Source: Trichomonas gallinae
Taxonomy: Eukaryota
DNA length: 36,928 nt
Direction of reading: 5' to 3'
Assembly: GCA_008369845.1 (NCBI GenBank)
Contig: MRSU01001586.1
Location: 1 to 36,928 of the forward strand
A program made the translations under genes and the position numbers. Positions 9,498 to 19,900 of the stretch are shown here, in pieces (the first letter of the stretch is position 1; every line of letters starts with the position of its first letter). The notes under the pieces were generated by a model. The model was given only the letters and a program-made list of their open reading frames with translations. It was not told the origin of the DNA and did not search any database.

Positions 9498-9593
9498 TTA
9501 AAAAAAAAAAATACTTACGTTAGTATTCGTCACTTTTCTTTTATATTACACTGTAATACATTACATATATTAATCATATTTTTATCAAAATCA

Positions 9594-9661
9594 TAAGAAT
9601 GACAAAATTTACTTTACATGTCAAAATTCAAACTACACGTCAAATATATATTTACATGTCA
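9594..9661 (-). promoter_or_regulatory. Array of TGACATGTAAA-type motifs at 19-bp spacing
   Basis: TTTACATGTCA at 9613 and 9651, ACTACACGTCA at 9632 and TAAGAATGACA at 9594, 100-160 bp upstream of the ORF start at 9497. The regulatory role is inferred. Confidence 0.5.
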
Positions 9662-10199
9662 AATGATTTTGTTTATATCTATGTATGTTTAACTTCGCTT
9701 ATTTTCATTGATGAACCTATTAATTTTTATGAAACGAGAAAATTAAGCAGTGCACACATTATACTATCATTTCAATATGGAGTTTGAGAATGGGTTATTC
9801 TAGTTTGTCCACATTTCTGATGAGATACTACGCTAAGAACAAATAGTATATTCTATGAGAATTAGTTATTTCAACACCAATTAAATCATGTTTAGAAATG
9901 AAATATTGACAATAATACAAGTATCTCATTTGCATATTATATTGGAATAATGTTATGCATCAAGTCAATATATTTCCAGTTATATATTCACGCATAATAA
10001 TGAAATTAAATGCTTTATAATACTTATTGATATTGTTTCAAAATCAAATATTTTAACTGGTATAAATTATGCAAAATAACGCAAAAATTTGTTATATATT
10101 ATGAATGACCAATAATATAAGTATAGAAATATTAGTAACTTTTTGAGATAGCATTTTGATATTTTTATTAAAAACAAAACAAAAACATATACATATATA

Positions 10200-11561
10200 C
10201 TATGGATGTTCCTCATTGAATGATCTGATATGCGAAACACATGTCATGAAAAAGACTTTTGCGAAATCAAATGATGTCGGAATAACAAGTTTTTCTATTA
10301 ATTCAAGCAAACGTTGTATAGCAAGTGCGTTTGAACAAGGTGATGTCGCGAAAACTGCAGAAAAGATTGGGAAAAAATCATCAAATGCCAAATCGCTGCT
10401 GGCATTGATGTACTCTTCGCTGTTAACATTAACATTCTCACTGCTTCCATATTTCTTTTCAAATCTCGCGTATTTAACGTAATCTTCTGTGCATTTCATT
10501 GCTGCATAAACGCACTGTAAAATATCAGACGGATAACTGTAGAAACTTGCTTGAAGAAGTTGTTTGTGAGCATTTTGTAATCTTATATTATCTGATGCAA
10601 TATCTATGAAAGATCTTTCAAAATCACATTCTCGAATGAATTTTTGTTCAATATTAAGCTGTTTCGGAGTCATCGAAGCCATCTTTGTGCATTTTTCAAT
10701 AAATTCATCAATTCCAGGCTGATTAATGTAAAGATTTGAATTCGTTACGAAGAATCTGTCAAAGAAAAATCGTGCAACTGATGTTCTAAGAACCATTACC
10801 TCGTTTTTATCAAGTTGGCCAAATCGCGAAACGTATTTATTGACAAAAGGCTGGAATGGCTTCATATTTATCGATTTCTTATCAATTGAAACGAGTTGAA
10901 CGAGCTCATCAAATTCTTTGATACTATTATGAGTATAAATATAATAAAATATAAAATCATCAAGGACGCATGGAGAAGAATGCAGAGTAACAGGATCGAC
11001 GGTATCAGATACCTCTCTTGATACAGCAATCATCTGTTCTTCTGGAATTGTCGGATAAACTGGCGCAGTACTTAATCTTTTTGCGTAATTGTCAAGAATG
11101 GAGATTCTCTTCCTCATTTCTACATTCAACTCGTTACTGTCGTGCTCTGTACGAATGTATTTTCGAAGTTCTCGATAATCAATTGTTGCTGGAGTATTTT
11201 TTTGGTAAAGTTCTTGTAAAAGACATGCTACTGGCGACACCTGGGACACCATATCCCTGAAAAAGTTCTCAGAATATTTTTCTAAGCGTTTTTGCAATTT
11301 TTCCATTTTTCTAATTGCGAAACGTACTTGTGGCTGCATTCCTGTTAAATCCGTTGGATGGAATTTGAACAGCTTATTACGATATTTCACTGATTCTGCT
11401 CCTAATTCTGCCACAAGTTCACTTAATTCTTTAATCATATCTGGCATAGTTTGGAGAATTTGCGGGCTTTGTTTGGCATCAGGAGGCTTAATGTCAATGA
11501 ACCGCATAAGATTAGGATGGATGATAAGCTCCAGTTCAATATGAACAAATTCCTTCGTCAT
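10200..11561 (-). CDS. Hypothetical protein with a C-terminal VPS9-like (Rab5 GEF-type) domain
   Basis: C-terminal YPSDILQCVYAAMK...DLAFDDFFPIFSAVFA resembles the VPS9 pattern P.DKL..I...GADDLLP. Start set at MTKEF (11561) because the track's first 36 codons are AT-rich and contain the AAAAGTGAC promoter-type motif (11581-11589). Confidence 0.65.
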   Translation of the reverse strand: MTKEFVHIELELIIHPNLMRFIDIKPPDAKQSPQILQTMPDMIKELSELVAELGAESVKYRNKLFKFHPTDLTGMQPQVRFAIRKMEKLQKRLEKYSENFFRDMVSQVSPVACLLQELYQKNTPATIDYRELRKYIRTEHDSNELNVEMRKRISILDNYAKRLSTAPVYPTIPEEQMIAVSREVSDTVDPVTLHSSPCVLDDFIFYYIYTHNSIKEFDELVQLVSIDKKSINMKPFQPFVNKYVSRFGQLDKNEVMVLRTSVARFFFDRFFVTNSNLYINQPGIDEFIEKCTKMASMTPKQLNIEQKFIRECDFERSFIDIASDNIRLQNAHKQLLQASFYSYPSDILQCVYAAMKCTEDYVKYARFEKKYGSSENVNVNSEEYINASSDLAFDDFFPIFSAVFATSPCSNALAIQRLLELIEKLVIPTSFDFAKVFFMTCVSHIRSFNEEHP

Positions 11562-12215
11562 AGAATTTTTTTTCGATTTTGTCACTTTTGATGATATCGC
11601 TTTTTTGATATATATCGTTTTTAATAGCAGAAATAACATGAAATTGCAATTATTTATTCCGAAATTCATTATTTTTATTAACCTTATTTCTGTAGTTTAA
11701 TTTTATGTCATGTAAATGTCAAATTTTATATTTACATGCCAAAATTATATTTATGCACTTTTGAAATTTATTCGGAATGTATGTAAAACTAATAATTATT
11801 AACTGGTAGCCCATTTTTTGGTATACTTATGCTACCTTTCGTTTAAGACTTTTGAATTTCATTTTGCCTACTCGAGATTTTTTTTTGACAAACAATTTTC
11901 TATATTCAGTGTTTATAATTTTAGGAGTTATGTAGACTTAACAAGTTGTAAATGGTATATAATTACATGGCATTGCCCACATATATCATTTTCTTGATGG
12001 CAAGAAATGAAACTCATCATTCGGAGCTGGACTACGTGATTCTAATTTTATCATTTTTCAGCCAAATTCCCCTCTATTTAAATAGTCTCTTAAACTCATG
12101 CATGATGCCATTTATTCGAATATTATAAATGTTCCTTCAAATTTAATATCAGCTATCGTCTTCTGAGCCTTTTTGAAAAGTTACCGAAAAATATAAAAAC
12201 GATGCATTTTTAGTT

Positions 12216-15200
12216 TTACATAGTTATTATAACAAATACTTGGATAGCTCCACCATACATCTCAAGCAACATTTCTCGAAAATCAGCTGCGTTGTTGATG
12301 CCTGTAGCATACAACGACTCACATGATGTGCCTTCGTAATGATTAACATTCAAAGTGAACATTGTTGAATGCTCATATTTGAATGTTGTACGAACTTCAG
12401 TGTTTGGTGGAAAAACTCTTCGATTCTCGCTGAAATCTTTATCGCCACAATACATTACTATTTTGATGCCTGTGTTAAAAAATGATAAACTACCAATTGA
12501 TGTAAGAGACGATGGCAAAATTATTGCGCGTTTTCCAGCTTTACCATAGCTGTCATTAACGAGAGTGCCATAGAAAGCGTACTGACCAACGCTTTTAAGC
12601 TTCGGAGGAAGTTTGATACTACCACATTTGTAGAAAGAAAAATCACCAATAGATGTTATTGTATCAATTCTTTGAAAATCTAAAGATTCACAGTTTTTAA
12701 ATGCATTAGATTCAATAGATTCAATCTTTCCAATAACATCAATGTATCTTAATTTTGTGCAGTTTTCGAATGCACTTGCTGGAATTGTTTTAACTTTCAG
12801 ATCAAAAGATAAAGATAAACTTTCTATTAATGTGCAATTTGCAAAAGCAGAACTACCCAAAGATTGAATTTCTCCAAAAGAAACAGATGATAAATGGGAA
12901 CAGTCTTTGAATGCTGAGTCTTTGATAGAAATAGGACATGATACAGTAAAGTTTTCTATTTTTGTGTTGGCAAAGGCCGATGATTCAATCGATGAAATTT
13001 TTATTGATTCTCCGACAACAAAATGCCTCAAGTCAATATTCGTGAAAGAGTTGCTTTGTATTGATGATATCACAGCATTATTATCAAGAATAACTTTTAT
13101 AATTGATGGGGCATTGCCAAACGTTGATGATGAGATTGTAGTTATAGAATAAGGAATTGGAAATGTTGTTAGTTTTGTGCAACCAGAAAATGCATTTGTT
13201 CCAATAGAAGTAATCTTTGATTGGCTTTTATATTCGATAGATGTCAAAGAAGAGCATCCTTCGAAGGCTGAATTTCCTATTCCAGTCGCAGATGATGGAA
13301 TTGTTATAGAAATTAAAGAAGAGCAGCCTTTAAATAAATTTTGTGAAATGGAAGAAATCGTTGATTCACCAAGAAAAATAAATGTGGTCAATTTTGCACA
13401 GTTTTGGAAAACTCCGACACCAAATGTTTCCACTGTTTGTGGTAATGAAAAAGTCGAAAAATCACATCCAAGAAATGCGTAGTTTCGAATAACTTGAAGA
13501 ACAGAATTCGTTTCAATTTTGACATTTGAAAGTTTCGAGCAATATTCGAAGCAATTCGTTCCAATATCTGTACAAGAAGCAGGAATTGTTATGCCTTCAA
13601 GAATTGAACAACCACTGAATGCATAGTTTCCTATTTTTGTTACTCCATTTATAGAAACTTTTGTCAAGTTTATGCATGATTTAAATGCTTTTAGGCCAAT
13701 AGTCATTGGTGAATTCATTATGAAAGATTTAAGTGGTTTGTTTTCGAATGCGCTTTCTTGTATTGCGTTAACTGTTGTTCCTGATCCAAAATATATATTT
13801 TGTATTGGAAATGATGAAAAAGCATCGCTTGAAATGTATTGGATTTGTTTGTTAGCAGATACATAAACATTAACAATACTAGGAGCATTACCAAAAACAT
13901 TAGATGAGATAGTGTCGAATGCATCTGGTACATGATAGTCAACAAGCGAAGTACATTGAAGAAAGGCATCATCACCAATATTATTTAGATGAGATCCAGG
14001 TTCATAAGCAACAAGATTAAGAGAAACACAACCCTCGAAACAATTTGCTCCTATTGTTGTACAATTTGCTGGAATTGTGATGTTTTGGAGCTGTACACAA
14101 CCTTTAAATGTGCTCGTACCTAGAACAGTTAGAGCACAGAATTTGCCGAAAGTAAAAATTTGCAGTGAAACACAATCTTCGAAAATCGAGTCAGCATTGA
14201 GATCACATAATGAATTATCAGGCAATGTAATGATCGACAAACTCGTGCATCCAGCAAAAGCATTCCTTTGGACAGTCCTCAAAGATACTGGCAAATCAAC
14301 TCTTGTTAATGATGTGCACAAGTAAAATGTTCCTTCTTCAATATATTCCAGACAGCTGCCAGGCATAAATGTTAGTGTTTTTAACTGCGTGCATTTGTAG
14401 AAAGCATTGCTGCCGATGATAGTTATAGTGTTTTCAATTTCTGCTTTTTTCACACCAGCTGGACACGCAACAAGTTTTGTTCCATCAATGTTGTAAACGA
14501 TACCTTGAGACGATTTATAAAATTTATTTTCTGTCGGAAAATTAATTTCAGATAATGAACCACATCCCAAGAAAATGCTTGCATCAAATGAAGTAATAGA
14601 CAAAGGAATGGTGACTGTTGTCAAAGAATTGCAGTCTTTCCATGCATAAGAACCAAATTCCGTTATATTGATATCATTTTCAAAAGCTAAGCTCGTCAAA
14701 GCATCATTTCCTGCAAAAGTAGTTGATCCTATTGATGTTACTGACTTAGGAATATTAATTGTTTTAATTTGACAGCCGAAAAATACCAAATTACCAATTG
14801 TTATTAATTTGGAATCAGCGGGAATGATTAATTCTTTTAAACTAGCTACTCCATTAAAAACTTCATCTTCTAAAATTGTTATATTTTTCGGTAATTTTAT
14901 TGACTCAAGTTTAGTGTTAACAAACATTCTATTTGTGAATCTTGTTATGCCACAATCAGAATCAAAGGTTATCTTTCTAAGAGGGCAAGAATAAAATATT
15001 AAATTACCTAAATCTGCTAAATTCCTTCCGAAAGAAATTTCTTGAAGCTGTGAATTCATAAAAATCTCTCCATATAATGTTTGAGGTCCTTCACCTTTAA
15101 AGAAAACGTATTTAATTGATGATTCCTTGAATGCATATGAGTAAATTATCTGGAGGCTTGCAGGAAATGTAACATTCCCCAAATTCTGCGTCTGAAAGAA

Positions 15201-16358
15201 AGCATATGCTCCAAGAGTAGTACAGCCATCATTAACAGTTATTTTTGTTAAATTCGTCAAACCACTGAAAGCATATTGATTAATATTAATAACTTCTGAT
15301 CTCAAAATTGCTTCTTTTATTCCACCTGCGCATGCAAATACTCTAACTTTATTTGCTGAATACAAAATTCCTCCCTCAGCATAAAAGTTTTTGTTTCCTT
15401 TAGCAACAGTTAAATTTGTCAAATAAAGACATGATTGGAGAAGTGTTTCTGGTACTGACGCCATTCCAGCTGGAATTTCTAAACTTGTCACCTCTGGGTA
15501 AATATAATAAATTTGATTTCCATCAATGCTTAGCAATGTTGCTGGAGCTATAACAGAAAATTTTGTGTGGTTATCATCTATAGTTATTTTTTTAATTGAT
15601 GAACAACCTGCAAATGTTTGAATATCAATGCGGGTTAATGATAATGGAATATGTATTGTCTCGAGCTTCGTGTTCATGTTGAAAATGTATGGGCCTAGTA
15701 TTGCTGTATTTGGCGGAAAAGTGAAATTTTTTATTATTGTACTTACAAATGCGTTTCTTGAAATATTTTCCAGTTTACTTCCTTGTTCAAAGATCACATT
15801 CGATAAATATATGCAGTAGGAGAAAGCTGTGTCAGAGATAAATGTAACTGATGGCGGAATCGTTATTGTATATAGTCCTGACCAAGTAAAAGTTGAAGTG
15901 TTTATTCCATTAATTTTTGTATCTTTTTCGTATGATAAATATTTTATTGTTGAGTCAACGCACGAGTATGTTCCAACAGAGACAACTGTTTTAGGAATGA
16001 CAATAGTCTCGACTCTTATACTGGAAAGCGCTTGATCTGCAATGATTTTTAGGTTTGGCGGCGGAATATAAACTGATTTTCTTCCTGGTACTTTTATTAA
16101 AACTTCTTTGCCTTTGTAGTATATTGCTCCGTATTCGTCAAGTTCTAAGTATGGGTTATCATGATCTAAATCAATTGATTGTAAAGCTTTACAATAACGG
16201 AAACATGTTGCATCAATCTCTTTAACTGTCTTAGGCACAGTGACTCTAATGAGCTGTCGATAGTTGTGGAAGGCACTACGTCCTATTGATGTGACACCTT
16301 CTTCGAGAATAAATTCAGTTGCAGTTAATCTATCCGATTTTGCTGCAACTTCTTCCAT
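12216..16358 (-). CDS. BspA: BspA-like surface protein with TpLRR (LRR_5) repeats; the coding region probably extends upstream to about 16451
   Basis: Dozens of C..L..I.IP.SV..IG..AF repeats, N..F....G.LY inserts, a C-terminal YCG cap and a hydrophobic tail. Thirty further in-frame codons upstream encode a signal-peptide-like stretch but have no ATG. Confidence 0.95.
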   Translation of the reverse strand: MEEVAAKSDRLTATEFILEEGVTSIGRSAFHNYRQLIRVTVPKTVKEIDATCFRYCKALQSIDLDHDNPYLELDEYGAIYYKGKEVLIKVPGRKSVYIPPPNLKIIADQALSSIRVETIVIPKTVVSVGTYSCVDSTIKYLSYEKDTKINGINTSTFTWSGLYTITIPPSVTFISDTAFSYCIYLSNVIFEQGSKLENISRNAFVSTIIKNFTFPPNTAILGPYIFNMNTKLETIHIPLSLTRIDIQTFAGCSSIKKITIDDNHTKFSVIAPATLLSIDGNQIYYIYPEVTSLEIPAGMASVPETLLQSCLYLTNLTVAKGNKNFYAEGGILYSANKVRVFACAGGIKEAILRSEVININQYAFSGLTNLTKITVNDGCTTLGAYAFFQTQNLGNVTFPASLQIIYSYAFKESSIKYVFFKGEGPQTLYGEIFMNSQLQEISFGRNLADLGNLIFYSCPLRKITFDSDCGITRFTNRMFVNTKLESIKLPKNITILEDEVFNGVASLKELIIPADSKLITIGNLVFFGCQIKTINIPKSVTSIGSTTFAGNDALTSLAFENDINITEFGSYAWKDCNSLTTVTIPLSITSFDASIFLGCGSLSEINFPTENKFYKSSQGIVYNIDGTKLVACPAGVKKAEIENTITIIGSNAFYKCTQLKTLTFMPGSCLEYIEEGTFYLCTSLTRVDLPVSLRTVQRNAFAGCTSLSIITLPDNSLCDLNADSIFEDCVSLQIFTFGKFCALTVLGTSTFKGCVQLQNITIPANCTTIGANCFEGCVSLNLVAYEPGSHLNNIGDDAFLQCTSLVDYHVPDAFDTISSNVFGNAPSIVNVYVSANKQIQYISSDAFSSFPIQNIYFGSGTTVNAIQESAFENKPLKSFIMNSPMTIGLKAFKSCINLTKVSINGVTKIGNYAFSGCSILEGITIPASCTDIGTNCFEYCSKLSNVKIETNSVLQVIRNYAFLGCDFSTFSLPQTVETFGVGVFQNCAKLTTFIFLGESTISSISQNLFKGCSSLISITIPSSATGIGNSAFEGCSSLTSIEYKSQSKITSIGTNAFSGCTKLTTFPIPYSITTISSSTFGNAPSIIKVILDNNAVISSIQSNSFTNIDLRHFVVGESIKISSIESSAFANTKIENFTVSCPISIKDSAFKDCSHLSSVSFGEIQSLGSSAFANCTLIESLSLSFDLKVKTIPASAFENCTKLRYIDVIGKIESIESNAFKNCESLDFQRIDTITSIGDFSFYKCGSIKLPPKLKSVGQYAFYGTLVNDSYGKAGKRAIILPSSLTSIGSLSFFNTGIKIVMYCGDKDFSENRRVFPPNTEVRTTFKYEHSTMFTLNVNHYEGTSCESLYATGINNAADFREMLLEMYGGAIQVFVIITM

Positions 16359-16925
16359 GGTGAGTTCGCCGGTTCCGCTGACAGTAACAACGGTTCCTTT
16401 GATCGTAAAGTCGAATCCAGTCGCGAGAAAAACGAGCCAAAGAAAAATCGATAATTTTTATGAAGACTCCCAATATATCATGATAAAATTTTTCACTTTT
16501 TAGTTGTTAAATTTACATGACAAAATTATAATTTATTTGTCAATGCAAGTCAGAAACTCTACATTGAATCTTCTAGAATATTCTTATGCTCCATCAAAGT
16601 GTTTATGTTGTATTTCAACGTAAATGTAAAATTTGACTAAAAATTTGACAGATTGTTGTTATAATATGTAGATAAGGATATGTTGCTGTGTTAGATAAAT
16701 GAAATTAAGGATTTAATATAGAAAATCATCATTTTTTTTTCTTTTCTTTCTTTTTTTTTTTTTTGTATTGAAGTTAGTTTGTATTTCCTCTATAATTAGC
16801 GTTTTTCTTCGCAAAATCAATGAATATGAAAATATTATGATAAATTTGCAGAGAAGAGTCATTCTAAATAATATGTGATTAATCAAAATAAACAAAACAA
16901 TTTTTAATAATACAACAAAAAAATC

Positions 16926-19900
16926 TTAAATGTTACTGATAGATTCTTCATTCCATTTTCTTAATACACCAGAAATGGCACCAACAACATCACTGAGTCC
17001 ACTCTTGCTGTTTTCAGCAGATACAGGAAGGAACTGCGCTTCTTCATCTGAAACGACATCAGCGTGAGGGAAAGGAAGTTCGTTATCTGTGTTTTCTTCA
17101 TCAGCAAATTCCGAGAGAGTCTCTTCACGAACTTCCACGGCAATAGATGGAGGTATTGGTATTTCCATGCGTCTATCGCGTGGATGATCAAGGAATGGTG
17201 TAGAAGGTAGTGAAGAAGAAGGAGGTGGACGTGGAGGTGAGGTGGAAACTTTTGCAAAAATTTCAGCGAATGCCCCATTCGGAATTTCTATCGGTGTGTG
17301 GATGACTTCTTCAACGTCATTGTCGAATGTTACATCATTCTCGTTATCGTTTTCGTTTGGATTGCGTGGTGATATTTGTTTGACGCTGCTGAGGATAATT
17401 GGGGGTGATTTCGATTTCGTTGATTTTGGCGTTTTCATTTCTAATTGATGAATTAATGATTTAACTGATTGAGGAGTTTCCTTGAGTGATGCATTAATTG
17501 GAAGATCATCTTCACTGCTTTCTTTATCGTATCTAACATTTTTGCGAGGAGTTTCAGAAGATTTCTTTTTCGCAGCCTTTTTGTTCGGCTTCGGAATTTC
17601 ACTTTTATTTGGTTTTGGAATTTCGCTCTTCTTCTTCATCGGTTTTTCATCAGAACTTTGCTGTGATTCGCTTGGAGCAATGCTCAGCTGTTCGAATGAC
17701 GCTAGCTGTAATTTAGATTTGCTAGCTTTAGGCATGAACTGAGGAATTCTTGAAGGCAAAGATTTTCGAGGATTTCTAATTGGTGAAATATGTCTTGTTG
17801 TCTCTAGAATACTCTCGTGCTCATTATTCTGGAAATCTTGTTGAATGTTTTCATTGAATGACTCTTCTCTAAGCTTGTAGGCTGTATCTGCAAGTGCTTG
17901 CAACAGTTTGGACAACAATTTTTCACTGTCAGCGCCTTCGAGTTTTTCTGAAGCGAAAACATAACAATCTTCAGCATCATCTGGATTTCCCTTGCAAATA
18001 TGCTCAAACTGTAGTAAAAGAGCTGTCCACAGTTTAGCATAGAAACACTCTGGAGTGACGGCAAGACAGAATGAAACCATTCCATCGTAAATTACACCGA
18101 AAGAGGCTCTCGCAGATAACCTTGATGCAATTCTGAAACAAATTGCACCAATTAATGTACTTAAACCATCTACAGCAATGATTTGTCTTTGTCTTCTATT
18201 TGCGAAGAAGCAAATAACAGAAAACAGTCTTTCCAAACCATCTTTTTGAACTTTTCCTCGTCCGACAACTTCACTTAAAGAGAAAAGAAGAGATTTTGTT
18301 ATAGTCCAATCCAATTCTTCCTCCAAAAAGAAATCCAAGAGTTCTGAAACAGCCAAATCAACATATACATCATTATTCTCTCTAAGGGCCTTAACGCACA
18401 ACCTTGTTTGCTGCAATTTCTTGACTTTGTCCATTGTACTGAATCCAGCGAAACTGAATCTGAAAGAATTCGAAGCAACTGGAAAATATTTTGCAATTCT
18501 TTCTATATTCTCGCCATTAATATCTTTAACGAAGCTCTCACGCTCTGAATCACTTAACTGAGAAGCAATTGATGAAAGTAATGCTCCTGCTGATTTCCTG
18601 ATCGATTCATTTTCATGATTCAACAAACTCGAACATGAAACAAATAATTGCATTAAAATATTGATATCATGAACCAATAAATAAGACAATTCTGCTAAAA
18701 TTATATGCAAACTATTTGGTGTCTTTGGTATCAATGAGATATATATTTCTGATAATATCTTAACATCGCAGTTGACTCTAAACAAGAAGAGCAAATCATC
18801 GCATTCCGGACTTAGTTCGCTTAGATTTTCATAACATAGGAAAATTTGCGGAATGATGAATTTGAGTTCTATGATAGAAATCGGACATGAAGTAAAGATA
18901 TCATTTAGGATCTGCAAAATTATCTGGACGAGTTTAATCTGTTTCTCAGCAACTTTGATTGAAAAATATCTCACGAAAACATCAGAGCAAAGTTCTATTG
19001 AAAATCTATCTGTTTTGAGAAGCGCCGATATGTTTCCAAGAGAAACAATCTGTTCAGCTAATGTGGTTGAAAACAAGCCTTTGAATATTGAATGCGGGAA
19101 AATTATCTGGCTGTCGTTTTTAGTTGTTTCAGCAATTTTCTGATTTTTAGCTTTTTCTGAAATATTTTGGTTGTTCAAAAGATCAGATAAATTTGCAAGT
19201 CTTTTATCTTTCTTGTCTTGATCAGTTATGATAGATAATTTTGTTTCAACGACTTGCTTCGCTGATTTCTCTGATTTTGGAAAAATTTCTTTCTTTGGTT
19301 CGGATTTTGCTGATGAAACAGATTTGACATCATCACTTTTTGTCACGGGAGATTTGATATCTTCTTGTTTCCGCTTTGTTGGCGAACTGATTTGATTTAG
19401 TTTCTTCTGGATATCTCTTGATGCTCGTTCGAAATTTTGTTGATAAACATCTGGTGTTATACTTCTTACAATGCTTGCTGCACTCAAAGCTTTTGTTCTG
19501 ACATTTGGACTTTTATCGTCGATCGAAGAAAAAATTATTGGAACAAGTTTAGCGAGATCACTCGGCTGTATTTCATTGGACATCCTCTCTATGTATTTAA
19601 ATATCTCCAATCTCATTCCTGAAGACAAAGATTTGACTGATAAAATCGATTTTACAAAAACCGCTGTATTTTTGTAAGAAACTGCAGTATCTGTTGCCGC
19701 TTCTCTTAAACTTTGTCTCTGATCACCCCAAGCACCAATGACAGCCTCAGCAGCATAGTTCGCGAATTTAGATATGCCAGGGTCAGCTGATTCAGCAAGT
19801 TTTCGCATAACAACTAAAGATAAAGCGACAATGTTTTGATTTCCATTTGCAGCTAAAAATAGTAAACTTTTTAGAATGATTTCAAGATCATTTGATTGTA

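Noticed and set aside
9513..9524. ACTAACGTAAGT on the minus strand: branch-point-like and 5' splice-like words side by side
   Set aside because: Order and spacing do not fit a trichomonad intron (GT...ACTAAC-nnn-YAG), and the downstream ORF needs no splicing. No convincing intron was seen anywhere in the window.
12355..16503. Many short + strand ORFs opposite BspA
   Set aside because: Mirror-frame shadows of the LRR repeats.
16713..16895. 60-aa ORF with a poly-Lys tract
   Set aside because: Arises from a poly-T/A run in the spacer 3' of the TOG gene, with a non-ATG start.
17578..17631. KSEIPKPN x2 micro-duplication in the TOG protein tail
   Set aside because: Real but an ordinary short duplication in a disordered basic region.
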